The notes under the pieces were generated by a model that was not told where the DNA came from, ran no database searches, and worked only from the letters and a program-made list of their open reading frames with translations. The position numbers were made by a program, and so were the translations under genes. Below, in pieces: positions 51,801-64,000 of a stretch of 64,000 nucleotides of DNA. Location: assembly GCF_004010195.1 (NCBI RefSeq), contig NC_057719.1:22882618-22946617 (forward strand), given 5' to 3'. Position 1 is the first letter of the stretch. Each line of letters opens with the position of its first letter. This DNA comes from Chiloscyllium plagiosum (Eukaryota).

Positions 51801-53264
51801 CAACTATGCCCCTGCGCCCTTGGGTGCCTATGTTACTTTTAACGTATCTTGAAGGGTTTATGGCATCCTGTTGGGTCAGGATGTGACAGACATACTCTGG
51901 ATTAGCATCCCAGACAGTTGCAACTGGAAAACAATGTAATGAATAACGTGAACTCTTTGTTTTGTATATTTCAACTAGATCCAAAATAGCATCTTTGCCA
52001 CCAGAGGATATTTACAAATATTTTATGTCAGCACCAATTTTGATGGATATGTATTTTTGAAAACAGATAAACTTATGCAAGTTAAAACGAAATGTTTTAG
52101 TTTCATCCTAATTTCAGTGGCTCTATTCCATTACCTGGACACTGGGAACTCACGTGACTCTGAAATTATTGACTCATAACTGTTCTTTGAAATGTTCCAG
52201 CAAGATATTCAGTTGCATTCAAACCACTATTAGTTTCTCAAGACAGTGGTTTTTCGGGGCAATTAGAGATGAGCAATTAATGCTGGCCTTGCCAGCAATG
52301 TTTATATCCAGCCAATGAATAGTACTAAAGTTGACCAGACTGAACTTCAACTTGTGTACTATTTCAGAGTGGAGAAAGGCAAATATTTTCCATTCACCCC
52401 CCACTCACATACGTTCCTTTTCCAATTTGGAGATTGAAAAGAGCTTTACCACTCCAAAGGTTCCTTAGATTAAAATTGAACTTAACCTGGAGAATGCGTT
52501 GTCAATGGTTATGTTGATTTCGAGGCCTTGAGTTGATCATGTGCAATGACAGACAATAACAAAAATGATTGCTGTGAAAGGAGCTCAGTCAATCACTGCA
52601 CCAATTTTAAACATTGCCATCAACCAACGAGTATGAATAGCTTTGAGGTCAAGCAGACTGCATTGATCAGCAAAGTGCCTGGTATCCCTGGTGCAAAAAA
52701 AGTATTAGCACACAAAATTGCTTCACATTTAACATTTGTTGCACTTCAAATAACTTCTCCAATTTCTGTAAGTTGTGATGAAAGACGTTTCGAGAGAAAC
52801 AAAACAGAAAAACAATTGATTGGTAGAATTTTGCAGCAAGCATTCGGAAACTATCCGTTCCAGGAGATGGAAGAAAAGACATAGAAGTAACTCAGATCAG
52901 GATGGGGTGATGAGTTATTGCACAGAACATGATATTCTTAAAATTGAAAGGATTTATGGGAACTTCATCCATGGATTGATGACAATTCTTAATTTCGAGT
53001 GGATGCTGAATAATTAAAGCAGTTGAATTACCTTCTTTTATGAGGGAGTGGGGAGCACCCTTTCAAAAAAAAGCGGTAATTGATAATGGACTGTTTCTGA
53101 GCACTGGCTGCTACATCAGGGAAAAAGATGAAACATAACTTAGCACTTGAAAGGGTAGGAAATTGAAAGATTTGGTGAGTAGTTGGCTACCAGTGATAAT
53201 CACACAGCTGAAACCACATTTTGCAATGGCAAAAATAGTAGGAACCAATGAAAAAAATAAACAG

Positions 53265-54612
53265 AACTGCAGAACGGCCAATGTTGCTCCTTTGTTTAAG
53301 AAGGGAAACAGAGATAATCCAAGTAAAGACAGGCCAGTGAGCCTGATGTCAATGGTGGGGAAGCTGTTGGCGAAGATACTGAGAGATAGGATTTATTCAT
53401 ATTTGTAAGCAAATGGACTTGTTGGTGATAGGCATCATGGGTTTGTGCAGGGAAGGTCATGTCTCACCAACTTGATTGACTTTTTTGAAGAGATGGCAAG
53501 AATGTTTGATGAGGGAAGGGCAGTGGATGTTGTCTATATGGAGTTTAGGAAGGCATTTGACAAAGTACCTCAAAAGGTAGAATCTCACGGGACCCAAGGT
53601 GAGCTGGCTAGATGAATATAAAAGTTGCTTAATCATAGAATACAGAGAATAACGGTGCTTTTCCAAATGGACATCAGTAACTAGTGGTGTTCCAAGGCAA
53701 TCAGTGCTAGGACTTTTGCTGTCTGTGCCATATATAAATGACTGGGAGGAAAGTGCAGGTAGTCTGATTAGTGAGTTTGCAAAATACACAAAAATTAGCA
53801 GAGTTGCAGTTGTGAAGAGGATTGTCAAAGAATACAACAGGATATAGATATGTTGCAGATTTAGGCAGAGAACCAGGACGAATGCGAGGTGGTGCATTTT
53901 GGAAGATCAAATTCAGGTGTAAATTACTCAATAAATGGCAGCATCCTTAGGGGCATTGACATAAAGGGGGGGGGGAGGGGGGGTTCTGGCTGTAATAGGA
54001 AAACAGATTCCTGAAAGTGGCAAAACAGGTGGATAAGTGGGCAAGCATGCTTGCCTTCATTAGCCAGAGTATCAAATATAGAAGTTGACAAGTTATGTAC
54101 AAAACTTTAGTTAAGCCTCATTTGGAATATTGTGTGCAGTGCAGAGAAGATTTACCAGGATATTGCCTCGTCTGGAGGATTGTAGTTATGAGGAAAGGCT
54201 GGATAAACTCAGGTTGGTTTCCCTGGAAAGACAGAGGCTGAGGGGCAACTTGGTTGAAGTCTACAAATTTATGAGAGGTATAGATAGGGTGGATAGTCAG
54301 AGACTTTTTCCCAGGGTGGAATGGTCACCTACAAGAGGGCACATCTTCAAGGTGAGAGAGGTAAAATTTAGGAGAGAAGAGCAGGGAAAATATTTTGCAT
54401 AGAGAGTGGTGGCTGCCTGGAACGCACTGCCAGGGGAGGTGGTAGAAGCAGGCATGTTAGCAATGTTTACGGCGTATCTTGATAGACACATGAATGTGAG
54501 GTGAACAGAGGGATAGATACCACACATGGGCAATACGTAATGGATCTAATTAATATTTAGGCATCAGTGCAGGCTTGGTGGGCCGCAGGACCTGTTCCTG
54601 TGTTGTGTTCTA
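53265..54612 (+). mobile_element. CR1 LINE RT to 3' tail
   Basis: ANVAPLFKKG and SYEERLDKLRLVSLERQRLRGNLVEVYK motifs. Confidence 0.92.
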
Positions 54613-55041
54613 TTGCATGGGCAGGAGTACTGTTATGTAAATTAAAGGCTTGAAAGAGAAAATCTGACAAAGGGAAAGCAGGAGAAAGATTCTACATTCT
54701 AAATTTCTTATATAGCTCAAAGTGAAAGTCAGAAAGAAAGTGAAATTAAAAAAGAAACTGACAGTTTGTCAGTATCACAGCATACCAAATTGTTTTCCAA
54801 ATACATTACTCTTCCTGTATCAGTCAGATATATTTTGGTTGGAGTTAGAATAAAAACAATTATACAACACAACCTGTTTCATTATAATCTCTTGAATTTT
54901 TTTGGTTTAGTCATATTGCATTCTGGGAAATTATACACACACAGTGTGATCTTTTAATTCTTTTAAGTGGAGAGGGAGTTCGAGATCAATTTTGTTATAT
55001 TGCTCTCTCTGATGGGGAGGTGGGTGCAAATTTAGTTCAGT

Positions 55042-55380
55042 GGGCAGCATGGTGGCTCAGACGTTAGCACTGCTGCCTCACAGCACCAGAGACCCAGGTT
55101 CGATTCCCACCTCGGGTGACTGTGTGGAGTTTGCACATTCTCCCTGTGTCTGCGTGGGTTTCTTCCGAGTGCTCCGGTTTCTCCCACAATCCAAAGACGT
55201 GCAGGTCAGGTGAATTGGCCATGCTAAGATTGTCCATGGTAAAATTGTCCATGGTGTTAGGTGCATTAATCAGGAGAAAATGTAGGGGAATGGGTCTAGG
55301 TTGGTTACTCTTCGGAAGGTTGCAGTGGACTTGATGGGCCAAAGGGCTTGTTTCCATACTGTAGGGAATCTAATCTAATC
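55042..55380 (+). mobile_element. HE1-type V-SINE
   Basis: Full structure with a small internal duplication (ATTGTCCATGGT x2). Confidence 0.94.
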
Positions 55381-56202
55381 AGTAATGGCTGCCTGCTGTG
55401 AATCCACACGCTGAATTATTCTTGTGCAATTGACAGCAGGCTGTTATCATATTGTGAATCATTTGGGAAGTGTGATGAGGCTCTGATTGAATAGCAGCAT
55501 CTAATTATAAGCTGCCTGCCCTGGCCAAATGAAAAATGGCTGCAGTTGAAATATCAAAGATGCTCGGTGTAGTTGATTCAGGTTACTCTGCTCATGACTG
55601 TCTGCTGAATAAAATCACTGGAAACAAATCCAATTATGAATATTGTACAAATCTGTTCAAGCACAGTATGTAGCATAATTTTTAAAAATGATAGCTTATA
55701 TTTTATCCACTGGGATTATCTGCAGTCCAATCAAAGTGGGAATGTAATGCAGAGAATCATCAGGTTTGCACTGGAGACCTATGTGCATATGTCTCTCATC
55801 TAGTTTTGATGGAAACTGAAAAGAAGAAGGTACTTATTAACCAGCAAAAATATTTCTGACACATGCACTTTCCAAAACATATTGAATGGGATTTATAAAA
55901 TCAGTACACTACAATTGGTTCAAATTATTATTCAGTTGAAAACTCTGCTAAAATGATTGTTGTTTTCAGCTCAATGAATATTTCTCAAAACAACTCATGA
56001 AGATGTAAAACTCTTTTTAACTTTTAATTTGAGTTATGGATATTTTTAATGAAGATTTGAGTGATTTCCAACATTGTGAGCAAAAGACACATTGACTGCT
56101 TTTCTGGTGTACATGATGCTGTTGAAATAGTATTCTAAATCTTTCACAGAGACAATGATAACTCTTTCAGACTTTGAGTTATTCTTTTATTTTTGTGCTT
56201 AG

Positions 56203-56353
56203 AACCAAAGTGAGATTGGAACTGGAGCCAAGTCGTTCATTTTATTCCATCTACATTATTCCTTGCACAATCTGTATCAGTCGCCCAGTTTCAAAGGTCT
56301 CCAAATATACGGTGGACAAACTTTCTGCTCAACATCTGAACTGTTTCTCACTG
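56203..56353 (+). other. Candidate internal exon of an unidentified transcript (151 bp)
   Basis: Polypyrimidine acceptor (TTCTTTTATTTTTGTGCTTAG), donor CTG|GTATGT, two open frames and retained CpGs. The protein is not recognised. Confidence 0.25.
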
Positions 56354-56705
56354 GTATGTATTTTCTCCCTGTATGAAAAAATATCTAACTTAACCAGTGA
56401 GATGGACAATTACACTTTAGTAATGGAATTTACTTCCTCATGCAGAGAATTCCTGAAGTACTCAGATGCAAAGTCCAGTTTGTGTCTGAGTCTCCATTCG
56501 CCCTCTCTGCTTGCCCTATGGCTATTAAATCCATCAAAGTGAAGTTAATTGCTATGATGTTATCCATAGACACAGAAGGATCACTAATGGGGGAGGCACT
56601 GACTATAGTGATTGTGTGTGGGTTGACTGTTCTATCTGAAACATGACTGTTGTGGGAGGTTTGTTTTGGTTGTCAGAGTCGAAGAAAAGTGGTGCTGGAA
56701 AAGCA

Positions 56706-59700
56706 CAGGCAGACAGTCAGGCAGGCAGGCAGTCAGTCAGTCAGGCAGGCAGTCAGTCAGGCAGGCAGTCAGTCAGTCAGGCAGTCAGTCAGTCAGTCAG
56801 GCAGTCAGTCAGTCAGGCAGGCAGTCAGTCAGGCAGGCAGTCAGGCAGGCAGGCAGGCAGGCAGTCAGGCAGTCAGGTAGGCAGTCAGGTAGGCAGTCAG
56901 TCAGGCAGGCAGTCAGTCAGGCAGGCAGACAGGCAGTCAGTCAGGTAGGCAGTCAGTCAGTCAGTCAGGCAGGCAGGCAGTCATGCAGGCAGGCAGTCAT
57001 GCAGGCAGGCAGGCAGTCAGTCAGTCAGTCAGTCAGGTAGGCAGTCAGGCAGGCAAGCAGTCAGTCAGTCAGGCAGGCAGTCAGTCAGTCAGTCAGGCAG
57101 TGAGGCAGGCAGACAGTCAGGCAGGCAGTCAGGCAGGCAGGCAGTCAGTCAGGCAGGTAGGCAGTCAGTCAGTCAGGTAGGCAGTCAGGCAGGCAGTCAG
57201 TCAGGCAGGCAGTCAGGCAGGCAGTCAGTCAGGCAGGCACTCAGGCAGGCAGGCAGTCAAGCAGTCAGGTAGGCAGTCAGTCAGGCAGTCAGTCAGGCAG
57301 GCAGTCAGTCAGGCAGTCAGGCAGGCAGGTGGGCACTCAGGCAGGCAGTCATGCAGGCAGGCAGGCAGTCAGTAAGTCAGTCAGGTAGGCAGTCAGGCAG
57401 TCAGGCAGGCAAGCAGTCAGTCAGTCAGGCAAGCAGTCAGGCAGGCAGTCAGTCAGTCAGGCAGGCAGGTAGTCAGGCAGTCAGGCAGGCAGGTGGGCAG
57501 TCAGGCAGGCAGGCAGTCAGTCAGTCAGTCAGGTAGGCAGTCAGTCAGGCAGGCAGTCAGTCAGGCAGGCAGTCAGTCAGGCAGGCAGATAGGCAGGCAG
57601 GCAGTCAGGCAGTCAGGCAGTCAGGCAGTCAGGCAGGCAGTCAGGCAGGCAGGCGGTCATGCAGGCAGGCAGGCAGTCAGTCAGTCAGTCAGGTAGGCAG
57701 TCAGGCAGGCAAGCAGTCAGTCGGTCAGGCAATCAGTCAGGCAGGCAGTCAGTCAGTCAGACAGGCAGTCAGGCAGGCAGGTAGGTAGGCAGGCAGGCAG
57801 TCAGTCAGTCAGTCAGTCAGGCAGGCAGGCAGTCAGTCAGTCAGGCAGGCAGTCAGTCAGGCAGGTAGGCAGTCAGTCAGGCAGGCAGTCAGGCAGGCAG
57901 TCAGGCAGTCAGTCAGTCAGTCAGGCAGGCAATCAGTCAGTCAGTCAGGTAGGCATTCAGGCAGGCAGTTAGGCAGGCAGATAGGCAGGCAGTCAGTCAG
58001 GCAGGCAGTCAGTCAGGCAGGCAATCAGTCAGTCAGTCAGGTAGGCAGTCAGGCAGGCAGTCAGGCAGGCAGATAGGCAGGCAGTCAGTCAGGCAGTCAG
58101 GTTGGCAGTCAGGTTGGCAGTCAGGTTGGCAGTCAGGCAGGCAGTCAGGCAGGCAAATAGGCAGGCAGGCAGTCAGTCAGGTTGGCAGTCAGGCAGTCAG
58201 TCAGGCTGGCAAGCAGTCAGTCAGGCAGGCAGGCAGTCAGTCAAACAGGCAGGCAGTCAGTTAGGCAGGCAGTTAGTCAGTCAGGCAGGTAGGCAGGGAG
58301 TCAGGCAGGCAGATAGGCAGGCAGTCAGTCAGGCAGGCAGGCAGGCAGTCATGCAGGCAGTCAGGCAGTCAGTCAGGCAGTCATGCAGGCAGGCAGTTAG
58401 TCAGGCAGGCAGGCAGGCAGGCAGTCAGACAGGCAGGTAGGCAGTCAGGTAGTCAGTCAGTCAGTCAGGTAGGGAGTCAGGCAGGCAGATAGGCAGGCAG
58501 TCAGGTAGGCAGTCAGGCAGGCAGTCAGGCAGGCAGGCAGGCAGTCATGCAGGCAGGCAGGCAGTCAGTTAGGCAGGTAGGCAGTCAGGCAGTCAGGCAG
58601 ACAGGCAGGCATGTAGGCAAGCAGGCAGGCAGGCAGTCAGTCAGGCAGTCAGTCAGGCAGACAGTCAGGCAGGCAGTCAGTCAGGCAGACAGTCAGGCAG
58701 ACAAGCAGTCAGTCAGTCAGGCAGTCAGGCAGGCAGGCAGGCAGGCAGACAGTCAGTCAGGCAGGCAGTCAGTCAGGCAGGCAGGCAGACAGTCAAGCAG
58801 GCAGGCAGACAGTCAAGCAGGCAGGCAGACAGTCAGGCAGGCAGTCAGGCAGGCAGACAGTCTGTCAGGCAGACAGTCAGGCAGTCAGGCAGGCAGGTAG
58901 GCAGGCAGTCTGTCAGGCAGGCAGGCAGTCAGTCAGGCACTCAGGCAGGCAGGAAGTCAGGCAGGCAGGCAGTCATGCAGGCAGGCAGGCAGTCAGTTAG
59001 GCAGGTAGGCAAGCAGGCAGGCAGGCAGGCAGTCGGTCAGGCAGTCAGTCAGGCAGGCAGTCAGGCAGTCAGTCAGGCAGGCAGTCAGGCAGTCAGTCAG
59101 TCAGTCAGGCAGGCAATCAGTCAGTCAGTCAGGTAGGCAGTCAGGCAGGCAGTCAGGCAGGCAGTCAGTCAGGCAGTCAGTCAGGCAGTCAGTCAGGCAG
59201 GCAATCAGTCAGTCAGTCAGGTACGCAGTCAGGCAGGCAGTCAGGCAGGCAGATAGGCAGGCAGTCAGGCAGGCAGTCAGGTTGGCAGTCAGGCAGTCAG
59301 TCAGGCAGGCAGGCAGGCAGTTAGTCAGGCAGGCAGTCAGGCAGTCAGTCAGTCAGTCAGGCAGGCAATCAGTCAGTCAGTCAGGTAGGCATTCAGGCAG
59401 GCAGTTAGGCAGGCAGATAGGCAGGCAGTCAGTCAGGCAGGCAGTCAGTCAGGCAGGCAATCAGTCAGTCAGTCAGGTAGGCAGTCAGGCAGGCAGTCAG
59501 GCAGGCAGATAGGCAGGCAGTCAGTCAGGCAGTCAGGTTGGCAGTCAGGTTGGCAGTCAAGTTGGCAGTCAAGTTGGCAGTCAGGCAGGCAGTCAGGCAG
59601 GCAGTCAGGAAGGCAGATAGGCAGGCAGGCAGTCAGTCAGGTTGGCAGTCAGGCAGTCAGTCAGGCAGGCAGGCAGGCAGTTAGTCAGGCAGGCAGGCAG

Positions 59701-62700
59701 TCAGTTAGGCAGGTAGGCAGTCAGGCTGGCAAGCAGTCAGTCAGGCAGACAGTCAGGCAGTCAGTCAGACAGGCAGGCAGTCAGTTAGGCAGGCAGTCAG
59801 TCAGTCAGTCAGGCAGGTAGGCAGGCAGTCAGGCAGGCAGTCAGGTAGGGAGTCAGGCAGGCAGATAGGCAGGCAGTCAGTCAGGCAGTCAGGCAGGGAG
59901 GCAGACAGTCAGTCAGGCAGGCACGCAGTCAGTCATGCAGGCAGGCAGTCAGTCAGTTAGGCAGGTAGGCAGTCAGGCAGACAAGCAGTCAGTCAGTCAG
60001 GCAGTCAGGCAGGCAGTCAGTCAGGCAGGCAGGCAGACAGTCAAGCAGGCAGGCAGACAGTCAGGCAGGCAGTCAGGCAGTCAGGCAGTCAGTCAGATAG
60101 GCAGTCAGGCAGTCAGTCAGGCAGGCAGTCAGCCAGGTAGGCAGGCAGGCAGTCAGTCAGTCAGGCAGGCAGGCAGTCAGGCAGATAGTTAGGCAGGCAG
60201 TCAGTCAGGCAGGCAGGCAAGCAGGCAGTCAGGCATGCAGTCAGGCAGTCAGTCAGGTCAGGCAGGCAGTCAGTCAGGCAGTCAGGCAGTCAGTCAGGCA
60301 GTCAGGCAGGCAGTCAGGCAGCAGGCAGGCAGTCAGTCAGTCAGTCAGGCAGGCAGTCAGTCAGGCAGAAAGGCAGGCAGGTAGGCAAGCAGGCAGGCAG
60401 GCAGTCAGTCAGGCAGTCAGGCAGACAGTCAGGCAGGCAGTCAGNNNNNNNNNNNNNNNNNNNNNNNNNNNNNNNNNNNNNNNNNNNNNNNNNNNNNNNN
60501 NNNNNNNNNNNNNNNNNNNNNNNNNNNNNNNNNNNNNNNNNNNNNNNNNNNNNNNNNNNNNNNNNNNNNNNNNNNNNNNNNNNNNNNNNNNNNNNNNNNN
60601 NNNNNNNNNNNNNNNNNNNNNNNNNNNNNNNNNNNNNNNNNNNNNNNNNNNNNNNNNNNNNNNNNNNNNNNNNNNNNNNNNNNNNNNNNNNNNNNNNNNN
60701 NNNNNNNNNNNNNNNNNNNNNNNNNNNNNNNNNNNNNNNNNNNNNNNNNNNNNNNNNNNNNNNNNNNNNNNNNNNNNNNNNNNNNNNNNNNNNNNNNNNN
60801 NNNNNNNNNNNNNNNNNNNNNNNNNNNNNNNNNNNNNNNNNNNNNNNNNNNNNNNNNNNNNNNNNNNNNNNNNNNNNNNNNNNNNNNNNNNNNNNNNNNN
60901 NNNNNNNNNNNNNNNNNNNNNNNNNNNNNNNNNNNNNNNNNNNNNNNNNNNNNNNNNNNNNNNNNNNNNNNNNNNNNNNNNNNNNNNNNNNNNNNNNNNN
61001 NNNNNNNNNNNNNNNNNNNNNNNNNNNNNNNNNNNNNNNNNNNNNNNNNNNNNNNNNNNNNNNNNNNNNNNNNNNNNNNNNNNNNNNNNNNNNNNNNNNN
61101 NNNNNNNNNNNNNNNNNNNNNNNNNNNNNNNNNNNNNNNNNNNNNNNNNNNNNNNNNNNNNNNNNNNNNNNNNNNNNNNNNNNNNNNNNNNNNNNNNNNN
61201 NNNNNNNNNNNNNNNNNNNNNNNNNNNNNNNNNNNNNNNNNNNNNNNNNNNNNNNNNNNNNNNNNNNNNNNNNNNNNNNNNNNNNNNNNNNNNNNNNNNN
61301 NNNNNNNNNNNNNNNNNNNNNGCAGGCAGGCAGTCAGGCAGGCAGTCAGTCAGGCAGGTAGGCAAGCAGGCAGTCAGTCAGGCAGGCAGTCAGTCAGGCA
61401 GGTAGGCAAGCAGGCAGACAGTCAGTCAGGCAGACAGTCAGGCAGGCAGTCAGTCAGGCAGACAGTCAGGCAGGCAGTCTGTCAGGCACTCAGGCAGGCA
61501 GGAAATTAGTCAGGTCAGGCAGGCAGTCAGTCAGTCAGGCAGACAGGCAGGCAGGCAGTCAGTCAGGCAGTCAGTCTGTCAGGTAGGCAAGCAGGCAGTC
61601 AGTCAGGCAGTCACGCAGGCAGGCAGTCAGTCAGTCAGGCAGACAGTCAGGCAGACAGGCAGACAGTCAGGCAGGCAGACAGTCAGTCAGTCAGGCAGTC
61701 AGGCAGGCAGTCAGTCAGGTAGTTAGGCAGACAGTCAGGCAGGCAGTCAGTCAGGTAGTTAGGCAGGCAGTCAGTCAGGCAGGCAAGCAGGCAGTCAGGC
61801 AGGCAGGCAGTCAGTCAGGCAGGCAAGCATGCAGTCAGGCAGGCAGTCAGTCAGGTCAGTCAGGCAGGCTGTCAGTCAGGCAGTCAGTCAGGCAGGCAGT
61901 CAGTCAGGTCAGGCAGGCAGTCAGGCAGTCAGGCGGTCAGGCAGTCAGGCAATCAGGCAGGCAGTCAGTCAGGCAGGCAGTCAGGTAGGTAGGCAGGCAG
62001 GCAGGCAGTCAGGTAGTCAGGCAGGCAGGCAGTCAGTCAGGCAGGTAGGCAAGCAGTCAGTCAGTAAGGCAGTCACGCAGGCAGGCAGTCAGTCAGGCAG
62101 GCAGTCACGCAGGCAGGTGGGCAAGCAGGCAGACAGTCAGTCAGTCAGGAAGACAGTCAGGCAGGCAATCAGTCAGGCAGGCAGCTAGACAGTCAGGCAG
62201 GCAGACAGTCAGTCAGTCAGGCAGACAGTCAGGCAGGCTGTCAGTCAGGCAGGCAGTCAGTCAGGTAGTTAGGCAGTCAGTCAGGTTGTCAGTCAGGCAG
62301 GCAGTCAGTCAGTCAGGCAGGCAAGCAGGCAGTCAGGCAGGCAGTCAGGCAGGCAGTCTGTCAGGTCAGTCAGGCAGTCAGTCAGTCAGGCAGTCAGTCA
62401 GGCAGGTAGGCAAGCAAGCAGGCAGGCAGTCAGTCAGGCAGGCAGTCAGGCAAGTAGTTAGGCAGGCATGCAGGCAGTCAGTCAGGCAGTCAGTCAGTCA
62501 GGCAGCCAAGCAGGCAGTCAGCTGTCAGGCAGTCAGTCAGTCAGTCAGGCAGGCAGTCAGTCAGGCAGGCAGTCAGTCAGGTCAGGCAGTCAGTCAGTCA
62601 GGCAGGCAGTCAGTCAGGCAGTCAGGCAGGTAGGCAGGCAGGCAGGCAGTCAGTCAGGCAGGCAGACAGTCAGTCAGGCAGGCAGTCAGGCAGGCAGACT

Positions 62701-62743
62701 GTCAGGCAGGCAGGTAGGCAATCAGGCAGGTAGTCAGGCAGGC
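56706..62743. repeat. Compound tetranucleotide microsatellite (CAGG/CAGT)n, ~6 kb including an N gap at 60445-61321
   Basis: Directly visible in the sequence. Confidence 0.98.
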
Positions 62744-62793
62744 AGCATCCACGGAGCAGGAAAATCGACAGTTCGAACATATGTCCTTCATTC

Positions 62794-62821
62794 CTGATGA
62801 AGGGCTTTTGCCCGAAACTTC
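62794..62821 (+). ncRNA. Type I hammerhead ribozyme motif (PLE-B), GUC changed to UUC
   Basis: CTGATGA-A-GGGC-TTTT-GCCC-GAAAC-TTC. Confidence 0.75.
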
Positions 62822-63039
62822 AATTTTGCTGCTCCTCAGATGCCTGACCTGCTGTGCTTTTCCAGCACCACACTCATCTGGACATATGTCCTTCATGTCA
62901 GACCCTATTTGTACAGAATAGGGGAACTACCATTGTTAAGTGTTGAGCTCAGTCCATGGAATATCTAGTGAACCAAGTTCTGATAATGGAGTTTTGGAAG
63001 AACATTTTGGAAGAAGAGTCTAGAAAAACACCATTTGTT

Positions 63040-63435
63040 TTTGGTGGAGGCTAAAGGCAGACTTGATAGAAGTCTATAAAATTATGAGATGCATAGATAG
63101 GGTTGATGGTCAGAATCTTTTTTCCAAAGTTGAAATTTCTGATACCAGGGGGCATGCATTGAATGTGAAAGGGCCCATGTTCAAAGGAGATGTAAGGGGC
63201 AAGTTTTTTTAAACAGAGAGTGGTAGGAGTCTGGAACACACTGCCAAGGATGGTGGTTGAGGCAGATAAATAGAGAAATTTAAGGGGCTTTAAGATAAGC
63301 ACATGAATATACAAGGAATGGAAGGATATGGTCCAGGAGCAAGCAAAAGGGATTAGATTAATTTAGCGTCGTATTCGGCACAACATCAAGGGCCCAAGGG
63401 CCCGTTCCTGCACTGTATTGTTCTATAATCTATGT
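63040..63435 (+). mobile_element. CR1 3' end
   Basis: GGAGGCTAAAGGCAGACTTGATAGAAGTCTATAAA...TTCTATAATCTATG tail. Confidence 0.88.
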
Positions 63436-63616
63436 CACTGAAAGTTGAAGACTGGTCAGAGGTTAAACATAGCAACAGATCTCAGTAATAAGGAGACAAA
63501 GGTATGGAAGTCTTTAAGCTTCAAAACTCTCAACAAAATGGAAGAAAAAGAAATCAAACATTTCATCAACTGCAGCTTAGGGGTCTCTTTTTATTTAACA
63601 CTGTAAATAACTACTA

Positions 63617-64000
63617 GTGAGTTTTGAGAAGATTTGTGGCTCAGGTTGAGTTCTGGATGTAGGTTTGCTCACTGAGCTGGAAGGTTCATTTTCAGATGTT
63701 TTGTCACCATACTGGGTAACATCATCAGTGAGCCTTCAATGAAGCACTGGTGCATGGTTGTCTTTCTATTTATGTGTTTAGATTTCCTTGGGTCATTTCC
63801 TGTGATGACAGCATTTCCTGTGGTGATGTCATTTCCTTTCTTTTTCTCAGGGAGTTGTAAATGGGATCCAAGTCAATGTGTTTTTTGATACAGTTCTGGT
63901 TGGAATGCCACGCTTCTAGGAATTCTCATGTGTGTCTCTGTTTGGCTTTTCCCAGGATGGATGTGTTGTCCCAGTCAAAGTGGTGTTCTTCCTCATCCAT
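63617..64000 (-). mobile_element. PLE-A copy running off the window end, with degenerate HHR at 63695-63728
   Basis: High similarity to 3406-3800. RC reads CTGATGA-T-GTTACC-CAGTAT-GGTGAC-AAAAC-ATC. Confidence 0.92.

Larger units (their letters stand above)
56673..62878. mobile_element. PLE-B fold-back element split by a giant microsatellite
   Basis: The left part ends GGTGCTGGAAAAGCACAG. The right part resumes GGCAGCATCC..GGAGCAGGAAAATCGAC, followed by the inverted arm. Confidence 0.85.

Noticed and set aside
11176..55380. tRNA genes suggested by A/B boxes
   Set aside because: All are SINE heads followed by V-domain or other SINE bodies, not complete tRNAs.
56643..62797. Many QAGRQSV/SQSG ORFs
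   Set aside because: These are translations of a tetranucleotide microsatellite.

Overview
Repeat-dense, AT-rich vertebrate genomic DNA, almost certainly from an elasmobranch (shark). The evidence is about 10 HE1-type V-SINEs with (TAATC/AGATT)n tails, many degraded CR1/HER1-type LINEs, Deu-domain SINE relics and three families of Penelope-like elements (PLEs). I cannot identify any intact host protein-coding gene. Nearly all ORFs in the track are TE relics or low-complexity repeat frames. The window starts in a 32-33 bp minisatellite and ends with a ~6 kb (CAGG/CAGT)n array; both contain assembly gaps. The main hidden structure is 11 minimal type I hammerhead ribozyme (HHR) motifs carried by PLE pseudo-LTRs, several with intact cores. 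The most notable element is a 1.49 kb insertion (48556-50042) flanked by a 12 bp target-site duplication (TSD). In it, two same-strand intact HHRs 1079 nt apart bracket ~670 bp of non-PLE cargo, a retrozyme-like architecture. Other observations: a giant microsatellite seeded inside a PLE pLTR, a likely SINE 5' transduction, tail-to-tail LINEs joined at a perfect palindrome, a templated 19 bp insertion and a dimeric tRNA-SINE. All family names were assigned by eye from motifs, and no database search was run.
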